Origin: Promethearchaeota archaeon
Lineage (GTDB): Archaea; Asgardarchaeota; Lokiarchaeia; Sigyniarchaeales; SOKP01
NCBI GenBank assembly: GCA_048939995.1
Contig: JBHLOY010000010.1
Span: 1-64,000 of the forward strand
Length of the DNA: 64,000 bases
Direction of reading: 5' to 3'
Translations under genes and position numbers: made by a program
In this document: piece after piece, positions 1 through 10,534 of the stretch
Layout: every line of letters starts with the position of its first letter
Position numbering within the stretch: the stretch's first letter is position 1
Notes under the pieces: model-generated
The model's database searches: none
What the model saw: only the letters and a program-made list of their open reading frames with translations
Told to the model about the DNA's origin: nothing

Positions 1-1
1 A

Positions 2-325
2 ATATTAAATGATTATATTTGGCATCCTGTTCAAGAAACATTTGAAAGAGTTAAAGATCCTGAGAATGATTATATAATCATGGAGAAAATCATAGAAAAA
101 TTAGAGAAGATCACAAGCAATATCATAAGTATTAATGCTTTAGAGTTAGCAAATCAAGCCGGAAATCCTCTAACTTCTAATGTAGTTCTGTTAGGTGTTT
201 TAGCAAAAGAAGATAGTTTTCCTTTAAAAATTGATGATATAAGAAAAATTATACCATTGATTGTTCCAGAAAAAGCTATTGATGCTAATTTGAGGGCTCT
301 AGAATTAGGATTTAATTTTGTTTAA
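2..325 (+). CDS. iorB: 2-oxoacid:ferredoxin oxidoreductase gamma / indolepyruvate oxidoreductase beta subunit, C-terminal part (5' truncated by window)
   Basis: Frame open from base 2; motif INALELANQAGNPLTSNVVLLG...IDANLRALELG typical of IorB/PorG C-terminus. Confidence 0.8.
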   Translation: MLNDYIWHPVQETFERVKDPENDYIIMEKIIEKLEKITSNIISINALELANQAGNPLTSNVVLLGVLAKEDSFPLKIDDIRKIIPLIVPEKAIDANLRALELGFNFV

Positions 326-334
326 TTATAAAAG

Positions 335-823
335 TTATGTTCCTATAATCATACTTTCAGGAATTTTTATAGCCACTACTTCTCCACGAGCACAAATTTC
401 CCCTTTTGCTAGTACTTTAACGCTTACAATAACCTTTTTCCCTTCTATTTTTTTTACTTCTCCTTTTAATACCAATTCTGTATTTATCGGAGTAGGTTTA
501 ATGTAATCAACATGTACTGATGCTGTAACATAGCGTAATTCTGGTTTAGTACCCATGTCTCGTTCTTCAAACGAATAAGCAGCAGCAGCAGCAGTTCCTG
601 TCCCATGACAATCAATCAATGAGGCTATTAATCCTCCATATACAAATCCTGGGAAGGCAATATGATATGATTTGGGGGTAAATTTTGTGATACTCTCACT
701 ACCATCCCAATAGGTTTTAATTTTCATACCATTTTCATTCAGTCTTCCACATCCATAACAATGGCTCATTTGATCAGAATAATAATCTTGAATTGCTTTA
801 TTTCCTGTCATTTTTTTTCTCAT
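335..823 (-). CDS. PaaI-family hot-dog thioesterase
   Basis: CYGCG...N..G motif, GFVYGGLIASLIDCHG, VTASVHVDYIKPTP. Confidence 0.88.
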   Translation of the reverse strand: MRKKMTGNKAIQDYYSDQMSHCYGCGRLNENGMKIKTYWDGSESITKFTPKSYHIAFPGFVYGGLIASLIDCHGTGTAAAAAYSFEERDMGTKPELRYVTASVHVDYIKPTPINTELVLKGEVKKIEGKKVIVSVKVLAKGEICARGEVVAIKIPESMIIGT

Positions 824-1031
824 TTAATAAAATTTACTCTGCTTTATCAATTTTCTCGATGAAAGGATTTATAATTAAGTATATTTATACTTTCTGAAAT
901 AGAAATAAAGTTTAAACCACAGTTTTATTACAAATTTATTATAAAATTCAGTTTTCCTTACCACTAGTTTTGTGTAGGTAAAACGAAGATAATATTGTGC
1001 AAGTTTAAAGACTAGTGTATAAACCGCTAAT

Positions 1032-1268
1032 TTATAACCCCGCATCTTTGCGAGCTTTATCTGCTTCTCCTCGACCAATATGACCTTTTTCGCCATTTTG
1101 TAGCAAAATTTTTAGGCCCTCCAAATATTTTATCCCGCATTCTTGATGCCAATAATAATTATAACCTTTTTGTGGAGCAAATCTAAGCCGAAGTGTGCTT
1201 TTTTTAATAAGTTCTCCACACCAATCACATTTGGTCTTGCCCGTGGGTGCTTCTTCTATTTGAAACAT
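1032..1268 (-). CDS. Stand-alone PARP-type zinc finger protein
   Basis: IEEAPTGKTKCDWCGELIKKSTLRL...YWHQEC matches zf-PARP pattern (E.A.sgR..CxxC...I.K..LR....WyHxxC). Confidence 0.75.
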   Translation of the reverse strand: MFQIEEAPTGKTKCDWCGELIKKSTLRLRFAPQKGYNYYWHQECGIKYLEGLKILLQNGEKGHIGRGEADKARKDAGL

Positions 1269-1548
1269 CGCATAAAATTCCTCATTCTATCAAATAATAT
1301 TTTACATTTAAATCTCATTGAATTAAAAGCTTTCTGAAAAAAATACTCAATAAGAATTGATATCTTGGAAGCCGGGATCTCTATTTCTATTATTTTTCTG
1401 TGAAAATTAGATGGAAAAGTAAATTTAGCGTCTGATTTCAATGAAATTTCCTTTGAAAAATTAAAAATATTGGAGAACCCATTTAAGATAAGAAATGATT
1501 TAATTGATGAAAAATTTAAATTATATGTCAAAAAAAGAGGGAAACATA

Positions 1549-1821
1549 ATGTATGAAATTTCTTTAGAGATTGTAAAGATCCTCGAAAAGGGAGAATGCC
1601 CTCGAGGGCATAAAGTCGGTGAAAAATTTAGATATCCCGATGATGTCGGTAAAATTTGCCAAGCTGCGTATAATTCGATTTTTCCGTATATAACCGCATT
1701 AAGATTTGATGGTTCTTTTCCTTGGTCCCAAGACAAGGATACAACAATGCTTTGTTGTCCAGATCCGGATAATCCTGTAGTTTTTAAAATTACTCGCACT
1801 AAAAGTGATTCAGAAGAATAA
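1549..1821 (+). CDS. TIGR04076-family small Cys protein
   Basis: GECPRGHKVGEKF, ICQAAYNSIFPY, CCPDPDNPVVFKI; AGAGG ahead of ATG 1549. Confidence 0.8.
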   Translation: MYEISLEIVKILEKGECPRGHKVGEKFRYPDDVGKICQAAYNSIFPYITALRFDGSFPWSQDKDTTMLCCPDPDNPVVFKITRTKSDSEE

Positions 1822-1954
1822 CTCAAATATATTATTAAATGGATTCTCAAGCGGAATGTGATCTAGAATCAAGCCTAGAAAGTGAGACTTATTTTTGTGA
1901 TGCTTAAAACTTTAATATAGGGAATTATTTCAATTTTTGAAGGTTTTGTAAAAT

Positions 1955-2962
1955 ATGAAAATTTTAGATGATGAAAAATTTATCAGAAATGTGGAAAACT
2001 TAATTGATCCAAAGGAAGTTAGCCATTTGTATTTCTTCCAAACATTCAAACGGTTATTACCTCGCTCCCTTTTTAAAAAGCTATTAAAGAAGACTTCAAA
2101 AAAGACTCCCTACATGGGTTTTGTAATTGAACCTTATTGTCTGTTTTTATTCTTTAAGCTTAAAAATATCGAAAAAGCAAAATCATTATTGCCGGAACGC
2201 TATGAGTTGAAAAAGACCAAAATTTTTGCTGATGAAGAACCAGAACACTATTTGGGAATGGGGGTTTTCAATACCCGAGCAAGTACTTTTTGGGGTTCTA
2301 GGTTAGAGTCATATCTCGTTGCGGAAGATAAAAAAACCGGTCTTATATCCTGGATTTTTATCGATATTCTGAGCAATACAATAATTGCTGTCCCTTCAGT
2401 AGGAGTTGCAGATAGAAACAGTAAAAATGCTATATATACGACTAGCTCAAAGGGAGATATACTACTGGATTTTAAAGAAGACACAACTGACCGACACATT
2501 ATCTTAACGGGTAATATTACCAATGGAAAAATGCGCAGTCTTGATCAACCCCTTTGGGTAATAGGAAATACATCAATCGGTCACAGTAAAAAATTTTCAG
2601 ATAATAAAGATGATGATACACTTGCCGTAATATTTGATCCTGCTGAAGTTGAAAAAGCTTTAGAAATTCCTACTGAGGATATTCACTTAAAGTTTAATAA
2701 TCTTTTTCCAGATTTAGCAGAGCCGGAACTATGCAAAGCGTTATGTTTCCCCTTCGCTCAGCATTATATTGCCGACAGTCCAGGTTGTCGCACCTATATC
2801 AAAAATATCGATGACATGATAGAGAATTATAACAAAATTGCAGATATGAAAGAAATGAAAACCTTTTCAACAAGAAGTATAAAGATAATGCTATTAATGG
2901 GAATCTCTTTTTTTATGGTAATCTTTATTTCCCTAATTATTTTATTGATTATTAATCTATGA
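1955..2962 (+). CDS. Hypothetical protein, acetoacetate-decarboxylase-like fold, C-terminal membrane anchor (paralog 1)
   Basis: KAKSLLPERYEL, GSRLESYLVA, hydrophobic C-terminal helix; aligns with next ORF. Confidence 0.55.
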   Translation: MKILDDEKFIRNVENLIDPKEVSHLYFFQTFKRLLPRSLFKKLLKKTSKKTPYMGFVIEPYCLFLFFKLKNIEKAKSLLPERYELKKTKIFADEEPEHYLGMGVFNTRASTFWGSRLESYLVAEDKKTGLISWIFIDILSNTIIAVPSVGVADRNSKNAIYTTSSKGDILLDFKEDTTDRHIILTGNITNGKMRSLDQPLWVIGNTSIGHSKKFSDNKDDDTLAVIFDPAEVEKALEIPTEDIHLKFNNLFPDLAEPELCKALCFPFAQHYIADSPGCRTYIKNIDDMIENYNKIADMKEMKTFSTRSIKIMLLMGISFFMVIFISLIILLIINL

Positions 2963-2996
2963 TTTGAAAAAAAAAACACACACAAGGTTTAGTTAA

Positions 2997-4010
2997 ATGG
3001 ACCAAGAAGAAAAAAGCAATTTTATAAAAAAGACAGAATCTCTTGTAAAACCTCAAGATGTAACTGCTATTAGTTTTTTGAGCAGTTTCAGTAAATCACT
3101 TCCCAAAAAAACACAACATAAATTTACACAGAGCGGCAAGAAAAAAGTTCCTTATATGGGATTTATAATAGATCCCTATAGTTTATTTCTATCTTTTAAG
3201 ATAACAAATACTTCAGCAGCACAAGAGATGCTCCCCGATGGATATGAACTAGCAGAAGCCTCATTCTTTAAGAATGATGCAAAGTTTCCCATTGCAATTG
3301 CAAGCGTATTTACCGCTCGGACATCAGGATTTATAGGCATGCGAGTCGAGTTTTATATTATTGCTCGTAACAAGGAAACGGGGTTGTTATCTTGGATCAT
3401 TTGTGATTATGAAACAAATACTAACAGTTATGACCCAAAGAATGGATTTTGTGGATATACTTGTGATCCAGCCGTGTATACAACTACATACTTTGGGAAA
3501 TTACTGGTTGATATTAAGAATCGCACTAACAATAAAGAATTCATTGTATCGGTTGACTTAGAAAAAGGTGATGCAAGGGAATTGGACGAATCTCTCTGGA
3601 TTGAAGGAAATCTTGTTGTCGATTATGGCGGTGAGATAAAAAGTGATTTTTCAGAGCCTTTCAGCCTGATTTTTGACACAGAAATGGTGAAAGAGGCTGT
3701 AAACATACCTTTAGAACATGTTTCAATAAAGGCAAACTCCTATCTGGGTAATATTATTGATCCTGTTAACCCAGTAAACGCTCTTATCTTTCCTTATAGT
3801 CAGCACTTCATTATTAAGCAGGACCTGCAAAAGTTTGAGATTAAAAATCAAAAGGACTTAGATTTTCAAATAAAGTCTTTCCTTAGCAGAACTGGATTTA
3901 AAGCTATGTCAGGTGCTGATATAAAAAAACCCATTTATGGAATGATCTTAATTTCTTACATAGGACTTATCAGTACAATTGTATTTTTATTAATACTACT
4001 CTTTCTATAA
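2997..4010 (+). CDS. Hypothetical protein, acetoacetate-decarboxylase-like fold, C-terminal membrane anchor (paralog 2)
   Basis: Shares KKxPYMGFxIxPYxLFLxFK, TGLxSW and FPxxQH with upstream ORF. Confidence 0.55.
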   Translation: MDQEEKSNFIKKTESLVKPQDVTAISFLSSFSKSLPKKTQHKFTQSGKKKVPYMGFIIDPYSLFLSFKITNTSAAQEMLPDGYELAEASFFKNDAKFPIAIASVFTARTSGFIGMRVEFYIIARNKETGLLSWIICDYETNTNSYDPKNGFCGYTCDPAVYTTTYFGKLLVDIKNRTNNKEFIVSVDLEKGDARELDESLWIEGNLVVDYGGEIKSDFSEPFSLIFDTEMVKEAVNIPLEHVSIKANSYLGNIIDPVNPVNALIFPYSQHFIIKQDLQKFEIKNQKDLDFQIKSFLSRTGFKAMSGADIKKPIYGMILISYIGLISTIVFLLILLFL

Positions 4011-4025
4011 GTTTGGGTAAAAACC

Positions 4026-5627
4026 TCATTTTTTATTTTTCATTAATTTCTTGGCAGCTGCCAATCCTGTAAGGATCGCAATGGGTATTCCAGAAGGGCT
4101 ATATACCCATTGGCCAGCTTGGAGTATATTTGGAATAGGGGTTTTCACAGATTTAGTCATTTTAAGAATATCTTGAACCACAGGGATTGGATTTTCAAAC
4201 GTCCAACCCGTTATTGCTCCTTCAGAGCTTCCTACTCTGTTTGAAATGCTGACTGGTGTTAAAGAGAAACGAAAGAGAATCTTATCCTTGATTTTCGGGT
4301 ACACAGATTCTGATAAAACCTCTACCATGCGATTCTCGATTTCTATTTTGAATTCTTCATACCATCCTCCCTCTTGGACCTTTTTCGTGAGATCATATTC
4401 AAAGAGAATGCTGACTATTAATCCAGTCTTTCCTTTTGGAGCTAAGGTGGGATCTCTAAGCCCTGGAATGGAAATCTCATATGTATTGAGTTGGCAATAC
4501 TCGTCTAACCAATGCATAATGGATTCTTTGGGAGTTGTTTCGAAATTCTTAATAATTTTTCCTAATGTAGTCCACGTTGATTCTCCTAAACCTTTTTTTG
4601 ATGGAGTATAAAAAAAATGACCGTTTGAAATCGATTGAAATTTGTCGAGAGGTTCGTCTATCCCTAAGAATAAAGAAAAGACTGAATCTCCACCTCGAGT
4701 TGATAGCAATTTATCTTTTTGAATTGATATCTTGCGAGAAATTTTTACTTCTAAATCACTGAATTTAAGATATCGATAAAAAGATTTCAAATCCGCGCAC
4801 CAAATAAGGTTTTCATAGGAAAACGTGTTTCCATCGATATCAGTTAACTTTTTTTCAGAAGGAATGATCTCGTGTATTTCTGTATCATATAATATTGATC
4901 CTCCCCAGTCAATGATTTTTTGCATGACACATTCTGGAATTTTACCTGTACCTCCCTTTGGATAGAAATAATCAAGGTAAGTGTAAAAATATCCTAGGGC
5001 AAAAAAAGTAGGCGTGCTCTTGAAGAAATGTTGTGTCATAATATTGATAAGTGATTGGTTTGAAGTCATTTTTTTTAGAGTATCTTCAACCGGGTCCTTT
5101 CTTCGATTTATCCGGCGAATAGCAAGAAGGAATTTGCCAAAATACGGAAGAAGCTCCTTAACAAGATAACCTATATCGTGTTTCATGTCTCTGAAAATCG
5201 GATTATCAATCTCGTTTAGAATGGCCATGTCTTTCAAGATTTTTTCGATTAACAAGAAAATTGCGACAATCTCCTCTTTGTTATCAGGATACAGCTTTTC
5301 TAATAAGGACTGATATTCATATATACTTTCGTTTGACGTGAAGTGTAAAATTTCATTCTCAATACCAATCGAAACCGGACTTTTAAGCAGTTCAAGTGAA
5401 ATTCCAAGGTCATTTAACAAGGGTCGCACGGCTCCTGAATTCTCAATGGACCTGGGACCAGTGTCAAAAACAAAACCTTCTTTTTGGATTGAACTTAGCA
5501 GGCCACCACAAGTTTCGTTCTTTTCAATTAAAAGAACATCATGTCCCGCCCTTGATAGATAAGCTGCAGCGGTTAACCCGGCCATCCCTGCTCCTACAAT
5601 GATAACCTCATGGCTTATAGGCGTCAT
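4026..5627 (-). CDS. Phytoene desaturase / CrtI-like FAD-dependent oxidoreductase
   Basis: IVGAGMAGLTAA, EKN...GG, GFVFDTGP, YPKGG, DPTLAPKGK, GAITGW; ATG 5627 overlaps SDR stop. Confidence 0.85.
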   Translation of the reverse strand: MTPISHEVIIVGAGMAGLTAAAYLSRAGHDVLLIEKNETCGGLLSSIQKEGFVFDTGPRSIENSGAVRPLLNDLGISLELLKSPVSIGIENEILHFTSNESIYEYQSLLEKLYPDNKEEIVAIFLLIEKILKDMAILNEIDNPIFRDMKHDIGYLVKELLPYFGKFLLAIRRINRRKDPVEDTLKKMTSNQSLINIMTQHFFKSTPTFFALGYFYTYLDYFYPKGGTGKIPECVMQKIIDWGGSILYDTEIHEIIPSEKKLTDIDGNTFSYENLIWCADLKSFYRYLKFSDLEVKISRKISIQKDKLLSTRGGDSVFSLFLGIDEPLDKFQSISNGHFFYTPSKKGLGESTWTTLGKIIKNFETTPKESIMHWLDEYCQLNTYEISIPGLRDPTLAPKGKTGLIVSILFEYDLTKKVQEGGWYEEFKIEIENRMVEVLSESVYPKIKDKILFRFSLTPVSISNRVGSSEGAITGWTFENPIPVVQDILKMTKSVKTPIPNILQAGQWVYSPSGIPIAILTGLAAAKKLMKNKK

Positions 5628-6571
5628 GCTAACCTGCCTAATTTTATACTTAAATCCCACAGCTTTTCTGCGACTTCTCGATCCAAGGCAGGAGGTGCGG
5701 GCTTCTCTTTGTAAGTAAGGTTGAAAAACTTACCACTCACGCCCTCAATATCCTTCGAAACTCCAAGATAGTATAAGGATTTAGCGGATATCTCTATCGG
5801 TCTGTAAGAGGGTTCGATGAAAATCCTCTGGAATAATCCAGTACTATCTTCTCCCATGTTGGTTTTTACATTGCCAGGATGCATTGCATTAATCGTCACG
5901 CCACTATTTTGGAAGTAATCATTAAATTTGATCATTGTCAGAAGTTGGGCAGTTTTTGCCGATCCATAGCTTTTGAGTCCCGAATAGCGGCGCTTCTCCC
6001 AGTTGAGATCATCTAATTTCAAACCAAGAATAGCAAAACGGTGGCCCTCAGAATTTACTAATATAATCCTGCATTTTTGCTGGGCTTTAAGTTTATCCTT
6101 TAAAATGTAATTTAAGATAAAGGAACCGAGATGATCCACTTGAAAAACCATCTCAAGACCATCGTCAGAGATCGTTTTCTCGGTTAAATAGACACCTGCG
6201 TTATGAATGAACACATCGATATTCAGATCGGAATTTGCGAGTTCTTCGCCAACTTTCTTCACCTCGGAAATGTGCGCAAAATCCGCAAGCATGAAATCAC
6301 ATTCTACACCAAAATCTCGGTTAATTTCTTCACACAGATTAAGCGTTTTTTCTTCGTTTCGATTAATCACTAGCAGATTAGCTCCGTGTGAAGCATATTC
6401 TCGTGCAGTTACATATCCGATTCCAGATGTGGCGCCAGTTATAGCCACTAAACGCCCATTAAAGTCATCTTGACATTCCAATGGCTCTGCTTTATTGCGA
6501 AGCATTGACTTAAGATTTGCCTTAATATCTGATATTTTGTACTGTTTCAAGAATTTAATCAAGTAATTCAC
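5624..6571 (-). CDS. Short-chain dehydrogenase/reductase (retinol dehydrogenase-like)
   Basis: ITGATSGIG, HNAG, YGSAK, HPGNVKT. Confidence 0.92.
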   Translation of the reverse strand: MNYLIKFLKQYKISDIKANLKSMLRNKAEPLECQDDFNGRLVAITGATSGIGYVTAREYASHGANLLVINRNEEKTLNLCEEINRDFGVECDFMLADFAHISEVKKVGEELANSDLNIDVFIHNAGVYLTEKTISDDGLEMVFQVDHLGSFILNYILKDKLKAQQKCRIILVNSEGHRFAILGLKLDDLNWEKRRYSGLKSYGSAKTAQLLTMIKFNDYFQNSGVTINAMHPGNVKTNMGEDSTGLFQRIFIEPSYRPIEISAKSLYYLGVSKDIEGVSGKFFNLTYKEKPAPPALDREVAEKLWDLSIKLGRLA

Positions 6572-7008
6572 CCGAACATTTTCCTCATGAACTTACGATA
6601 CCCTTTAGTTAAAAATGGAATGTTATCGAAGATATCACCCCAGAGATCGTAGTAATCCCTTTGTTCTATGATTTTTCCATTATCATTCAATGTCAGACGA
6701 CTTGCCCCGAATAACTTCGAATTAGGAAATTTCTTAAAACTTAAACCCATCTCCCATTCAAAAAAAATTATCTTCCCTTCAAAAATAATATTGATTATTT
6801 TCATTCTTAAATCTTTAGATCGCTCAACTAATCGTTCAGTCATAGCTTTAAATTCTTTCATACCTCGAATTTCTTGAATAGTATCGCGAAAATATATTTT
6901 ATCGTCATAATATGGGAGGATATGCGACCAATCAGGTTTATCTTCGGTGTTGTAAATTTTAGTCCATAATTCCACAAATTGTTCTTTACTTTCAATTCTA
7001 AAGCTCAT
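6568..7008 (-). CDS. SnoaL/NTF2-like protein
   Basis: YDDKIYFRDT...GKIIEQRDYYD; 4-bp overlap with SDR. Confidence 0.85.
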   Translation of the reverse strand: MSFRIESKEQFVELWTKIYNTEDKPDWSHILPYYDDKIYFRDTIQEIRGMKEFKAMTERLVERSKDLRMKIINIIFEGKIIFFEWEMGLSFKKFPNSKLFGASRLTLNDNGKIIEQRDYYDLWGDIFDNIPFLTKGYRKFMRKMFG

Positions 7009-7475
7009 GAATATTTTCCCAAGTTTAATTTTTTACATTAGTCTCTAATATAAGATAAAAATTTGCAATATAAATAAAATTCAGTAATAATTTTTAAATC
7101 ATAGATTTTACTAAAGTTAGATATTATTTTATTTTCCAGTCTTTCTAAAATTTTCGATTTTATGTCAAAGGTGGTAATTTCAACCAATGGATTCTCGAAA
7201 AGCGATGGAAGTGTAAGGCTTCAGAGCCCAAAAACACCAGTAAATAAAGTATTCTCTTAAAGCAGCACTTGTAACATAGAATCCACAGATAAATGGAAAA
7301 TCACTTAATCTAGAATGATTTCCTTCCATTTTAGATACAATTAATAAATCTTGGACATTTTTATTTAAATCTTCAAATCCCATTACGCTGGTGGGTCTCA
7401 TTTTTCTACATCAGATGATTCATTTCTTCATAATCATTTATCACTTATAATTTTTTAAATGATAAAAAGGAAGTT

Positions 7476-8267
7476 CTAAACCCTATTTATATCAAGCAAA
7501 TAATCTATTAACCGTATTATCAAATCGGGGTCTTCATGATGTATGTAATGTCCCACATCAGCTTTAAGAATATTTGTAGCTCTAGATACTCGAGAAAGCC
7601 ATTTTGAAGATATTTCGAATTTTAATTTACGTATTTCAGGGTTGAATCCTTCCTCGTTTGGTACTTCATCTGCTTTTGTACATGTAATTAAAACAGTTGG
7701 TACATCAGGCAAGGGGGGAGGAGGATTATAGGGTGCTTCTATTCTATCTTTTACTATTTTCCATTCCATTTTTTCGCCTTGAGGTGAATTTGCGAAGTAT
7801 TCAAGCCATGTTTGATATTCATATTCATAATGTTTTGGATATAACCGCTTCCATTCTTTATAGTAAATTATCTCTTGTGGATCAATTAGAAGTAATCCAC
7901 ATACTTCATCGGGATATAATCCTGCAAAAATGCGGATATGCCACCCCCCAAGAGAATGTCCTACTAAAACATAAGGAGGAGCGATTTTTAAATTGCCTAA
8001 AAGAGTATGTAACTCTTTGGCTACTTGTCTAGCATTACGAGAAGATGGACTAACTTCTGATTTACCATTCCCTGCTCTGTCGTAGACTAATGCTGAAGTT
8101 CTTGAGGTGACAATAGGAAAGATGTGCTTCCAAGAAGACATATCATCTCCAAGCCCAGAATCAAATATAACTGAAGGACGTCCTTGGCCTGATTTCTTAT
8201 AATATAATTTAAATCCTCCAATATCTTGATATCCATCTATTACTTGAGAATTTGTCAAAAATACCAC
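7476..8267 (-). CDS. Alpha/beta hydrolase
   Basis: YDRAGNGKS, GHSLGG nucleophile elbow, GHYIHHEDP. Confidence 0.92.
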   Translation of the reverse strand: MVFLTNSQVIDGYQDIGGFKLYYKKSGQGRPSVIFDSGLGDDMSSWKHIFPIVTSRTSALVYDRAGNGKSEVSPSSRNARQVAKELHTLLGNLKIAPPYVLVGHSLGGWHIRIFAGLYPDEVCGLLLIDPQEIIYYKEWKRLYPKHYEYEYQTWLEYFANSPQGEKMEWKIVKDRIEAPYNPPPPLPDVPTVLITCTKADEVPNEEGFNPEIRKLKFEISSKWLSRVSRATNILKADVGHYIHHEDPDLIIRLIDYLLDINRV

Positions 8268-8435
8268 TTAGTTTTTTCTTTGTGCTTATTTTATTTCTAG
8301 ATAAGATCCAACTTATTTATAGTTTTGAACATTGGAGTTCAATAGAATTATCTATAAAAAATGAATTTAAGTTAATTATAAATTTTTTTAAATAATAATC
8401 ACAAAAATGTAAACTGTAAAATTTAAGATAGGTCG

Positions 8436-8843
8436 GTGTTTATGGAAAGAAAAATAAAATATAATCAAGTGAAATTAGAACCTATGATTTATGTTTCAGA
8501 TATTAAATCTTCTATAAAATTCTATACTGAATTATTGAATTTTAAAGTTGAAGAGTATTATCCAGACGATAGAAACCCAAGGTGGGTTGCTATTCAAATT
8601 GGAAATCAACGTTTTGCAATGGGTAATACATTTAAGAATATTAATCATAAATATCACCCAGATGGGATAAATGGTTCTGGAGTACATTTCTATATTATTG
8701 TAGATAATATAGATGAAGTTTATCAAAAATTAAAATCAAGAGTGTCTATTTTAGACAAATTAGAAAAAAAGCCTTGGGGTAACACAGAATTTGCTATAAA
8801 AGATCCAGATGGATATTTGATTTCATTCTCTGATTTTAATTAA
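8436..8843 (+). CDS. VOC / glyoxalase family protein
   Basis: SIKFYTELLNF, KPWGNTEFAIKDPDGYLISF. Confidence 0.9.
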   Translation: MFMERKIKYNQVKLEPMIYVSDIKSSIKFYTELLNFKVEEYYPDDRNPRWVAIQIGNQRFAMGNTFKNINHKYHPDGINGSGVHFYIIVDNIDEVYQKLKSRVSILDKLEKKPWGNTEFAIKDPDGYLISFSDFN

Positions 8844-9019
8844 TCTATACTGAAATGATGAGAGAAAGTAAGTGAATTTTACTTCACTTAGTGGAATTCA
8901 AAACACTTATGTCTTTAAATACTTTGTATGGTTATTGTAAATTAAGTTTAAAAATAAAACCTAATATAATTAATACATCTGGTGGAAAAAATAAATTAAA
9001 TTGAAGGTGAAAATTAAAA

Positions 9020-9934
9020 ATGGTAAGTATATTTGCGAATATGATAATGAAGAAGATGGAAGTCCAAAAGGATTTTGTCTTCGATATGAAGAATGTAAAG
9101 GAATTTAGAGTAGAATTTGAAAAAATGTTTTTAAAGATGAAGCCTGCCAAAGGTCTTACTCTTGAAGAAATTCAAATAGGAAATATTCCCGCAGAAAAAT
9201 ACTCGTTAAATTCAGATGACTTAAAACCAAGAGTCATGCTATATTTGCATGGGGGAGGATATTTTAGTGGATCCTATTTGTCTCACAGAAGGTTCGTATC
9301 GATTTTGTGTAAAAAATTACATCTTCATGCATACATCATAAATTACCGGCTTGCTCCAGAAAATCCATATCCAGCTGGATTAGATGACGCTTTTTATGCA
9401 TATAAATGGTTATTAGAAGAGAAATCCATTTCGGCAGAAAGAATAATTATAATGGGTGATTCTGCTGGAGGGGGATTGACTCTGGCCTTACTTCATCGAA
9501 TTGGAACACAAAATTTACCTCAACCAAAAGCTGCTATATGTTTATCGCCCTGGACTGACCTAACCTTAACGAGTGAAACTTTGAAGACAAAAGTTGAGCA
9601 AGATGTTTTTTTCAATATGAAAAATTTGGAAACTAGTGCTAAAGCTTATCTACAAGCGAAGTCTCCAGAAAATCCGGAAATCTCACCTATTTTTGCTGAT
9701 TTCAAGGGATTTCCTCCGATATTTCTACAAGTGGGGTCAAGAGAAATGTTACTAAATGATTCTTTAATTATTGCAGAAAAAATGAAAAAACATGGAGTTT
9801 CCGTAACTGTTGATATGTGGGAAGGAATGTTTCATGCGTTTCTTATTTTTAGCGCGATACCAATCATTGGAAAACTGACGCCTGAATTCAGACGAGCGTT
9901 GAAAAATGTGAAGAAATTTCTAGATGGCCTATGA
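9020..9934 (+). CDS. HSL-family esterase/lipase
   Basis: HGGG oxyanion motif, YRLAPENPYPA, GDSAGG, GMFH. Confidence 0.93.
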   Translation: MVSIFANMIMKKMEVQKDFVFDMKNVKEFRVEFEKMFLKMKPAKGLTLEEIQIGNIPAEKYSLNSDDLKPRVMLYLHGGGYFSGSYLSHRRFVSILCKKLHLHAYIINYRLAPENPYPAGLDDAFYAYKWLLEEKSISAERIIIMGDSAGGGLTLALLHRIGTQNLPQPKAAICLSPWTDLTLTSETLKTKVEQDVFFNMKNLETSAKAYLQAKSPENPEISPIFADFKGFPPIFLQVGSREMLLNDSLIIAEKMKKHGVSVTVDMWEGMFHAFLIFSAIPIIGKLTPEFRRALKNVKKFLDGL

Positions 9935-9968
9935 AAAGATTAATATGATTGAATGGAGTTGAGATATT

Positions 9969-10448
9969 ATGAAGATTGATGATTTGATAAAAGAACTTCA
10001 CATTATATGGAAAGATATGGATGAACAAATACCTCTAATGCGTGAAGCGGTGATGAAGGGACTTAAAAAAGATTTCGAAACTTTTGTGCATGATGATGCT
10101 CATATACAAAAAGAGTTACTTTTTCTCAATGATGCACTAAATTTTCTGCAAAAAAAATGGACTATGGATCTGATATATATCATTAGAATTAAAGAAAAAC
10201 CATTTTTTAACGATATTCGTCGAGCTTTACCAAATATAAATTCACGCACGCTTACAACACGCTTAAAAGAGTTTGAAAAAAATTATATTGTAACTCGAAC
10301 AGTGAGTAATACACAACCCATTCGAGTCAGTTATGAATTAACAGATTTAGGAAAAGGTGTGTATGAATTATTAATTCCATTACTAATTTTTTTTTCTCGT
10401 GAAAAATATAAAATAGATCAGAAAGAGAATCTGATTAAATCTGAATAA
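9969..10448 (+). CDS. HxlR-family winged-helix transcriptional regulator
   Basis: KKW..., INSRTLTTRLKE, PIRVSYELTDLG. Confidence 0.88.
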   Translation: MKIDDLIKELHIIWKDMDEQIPLMREAVMKGLKKDFETFVHDDAHIQKELLFLNDALNFLQKKWTMDLIYIIRIKEKPFFNDIRRALPNINSRTLTTRLKEFEKNYIVTRTVSNTQPIRVSYELTDLGKGVYELLIPLLIFFSREKYKIDQKENLIKSE

Positions 10449-10534
10449 ACCACATAAAATTGGAATCTAATCAAGTTTTTGTGATATTACCTTTTATTAA
10501 TATGGATTTATCCTTATAGGAAGAAAAGAAATTT

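Noticed and set aside
875-1531. ORFs 875-1096, 1143-1337 and 1256-1531
   Set aside because: Overlap better-supported genes or AT-rich promoter DNA; no protein-like motifs
4026-5627. Carotenoid biosynthesis pathway
   Set aside because: No phytoene synthase or cyclase nearby; the family includes many non-carotenoid enzymes
7180-7401. 73-aa ORF
   Set aside because: No motif or clear RBS
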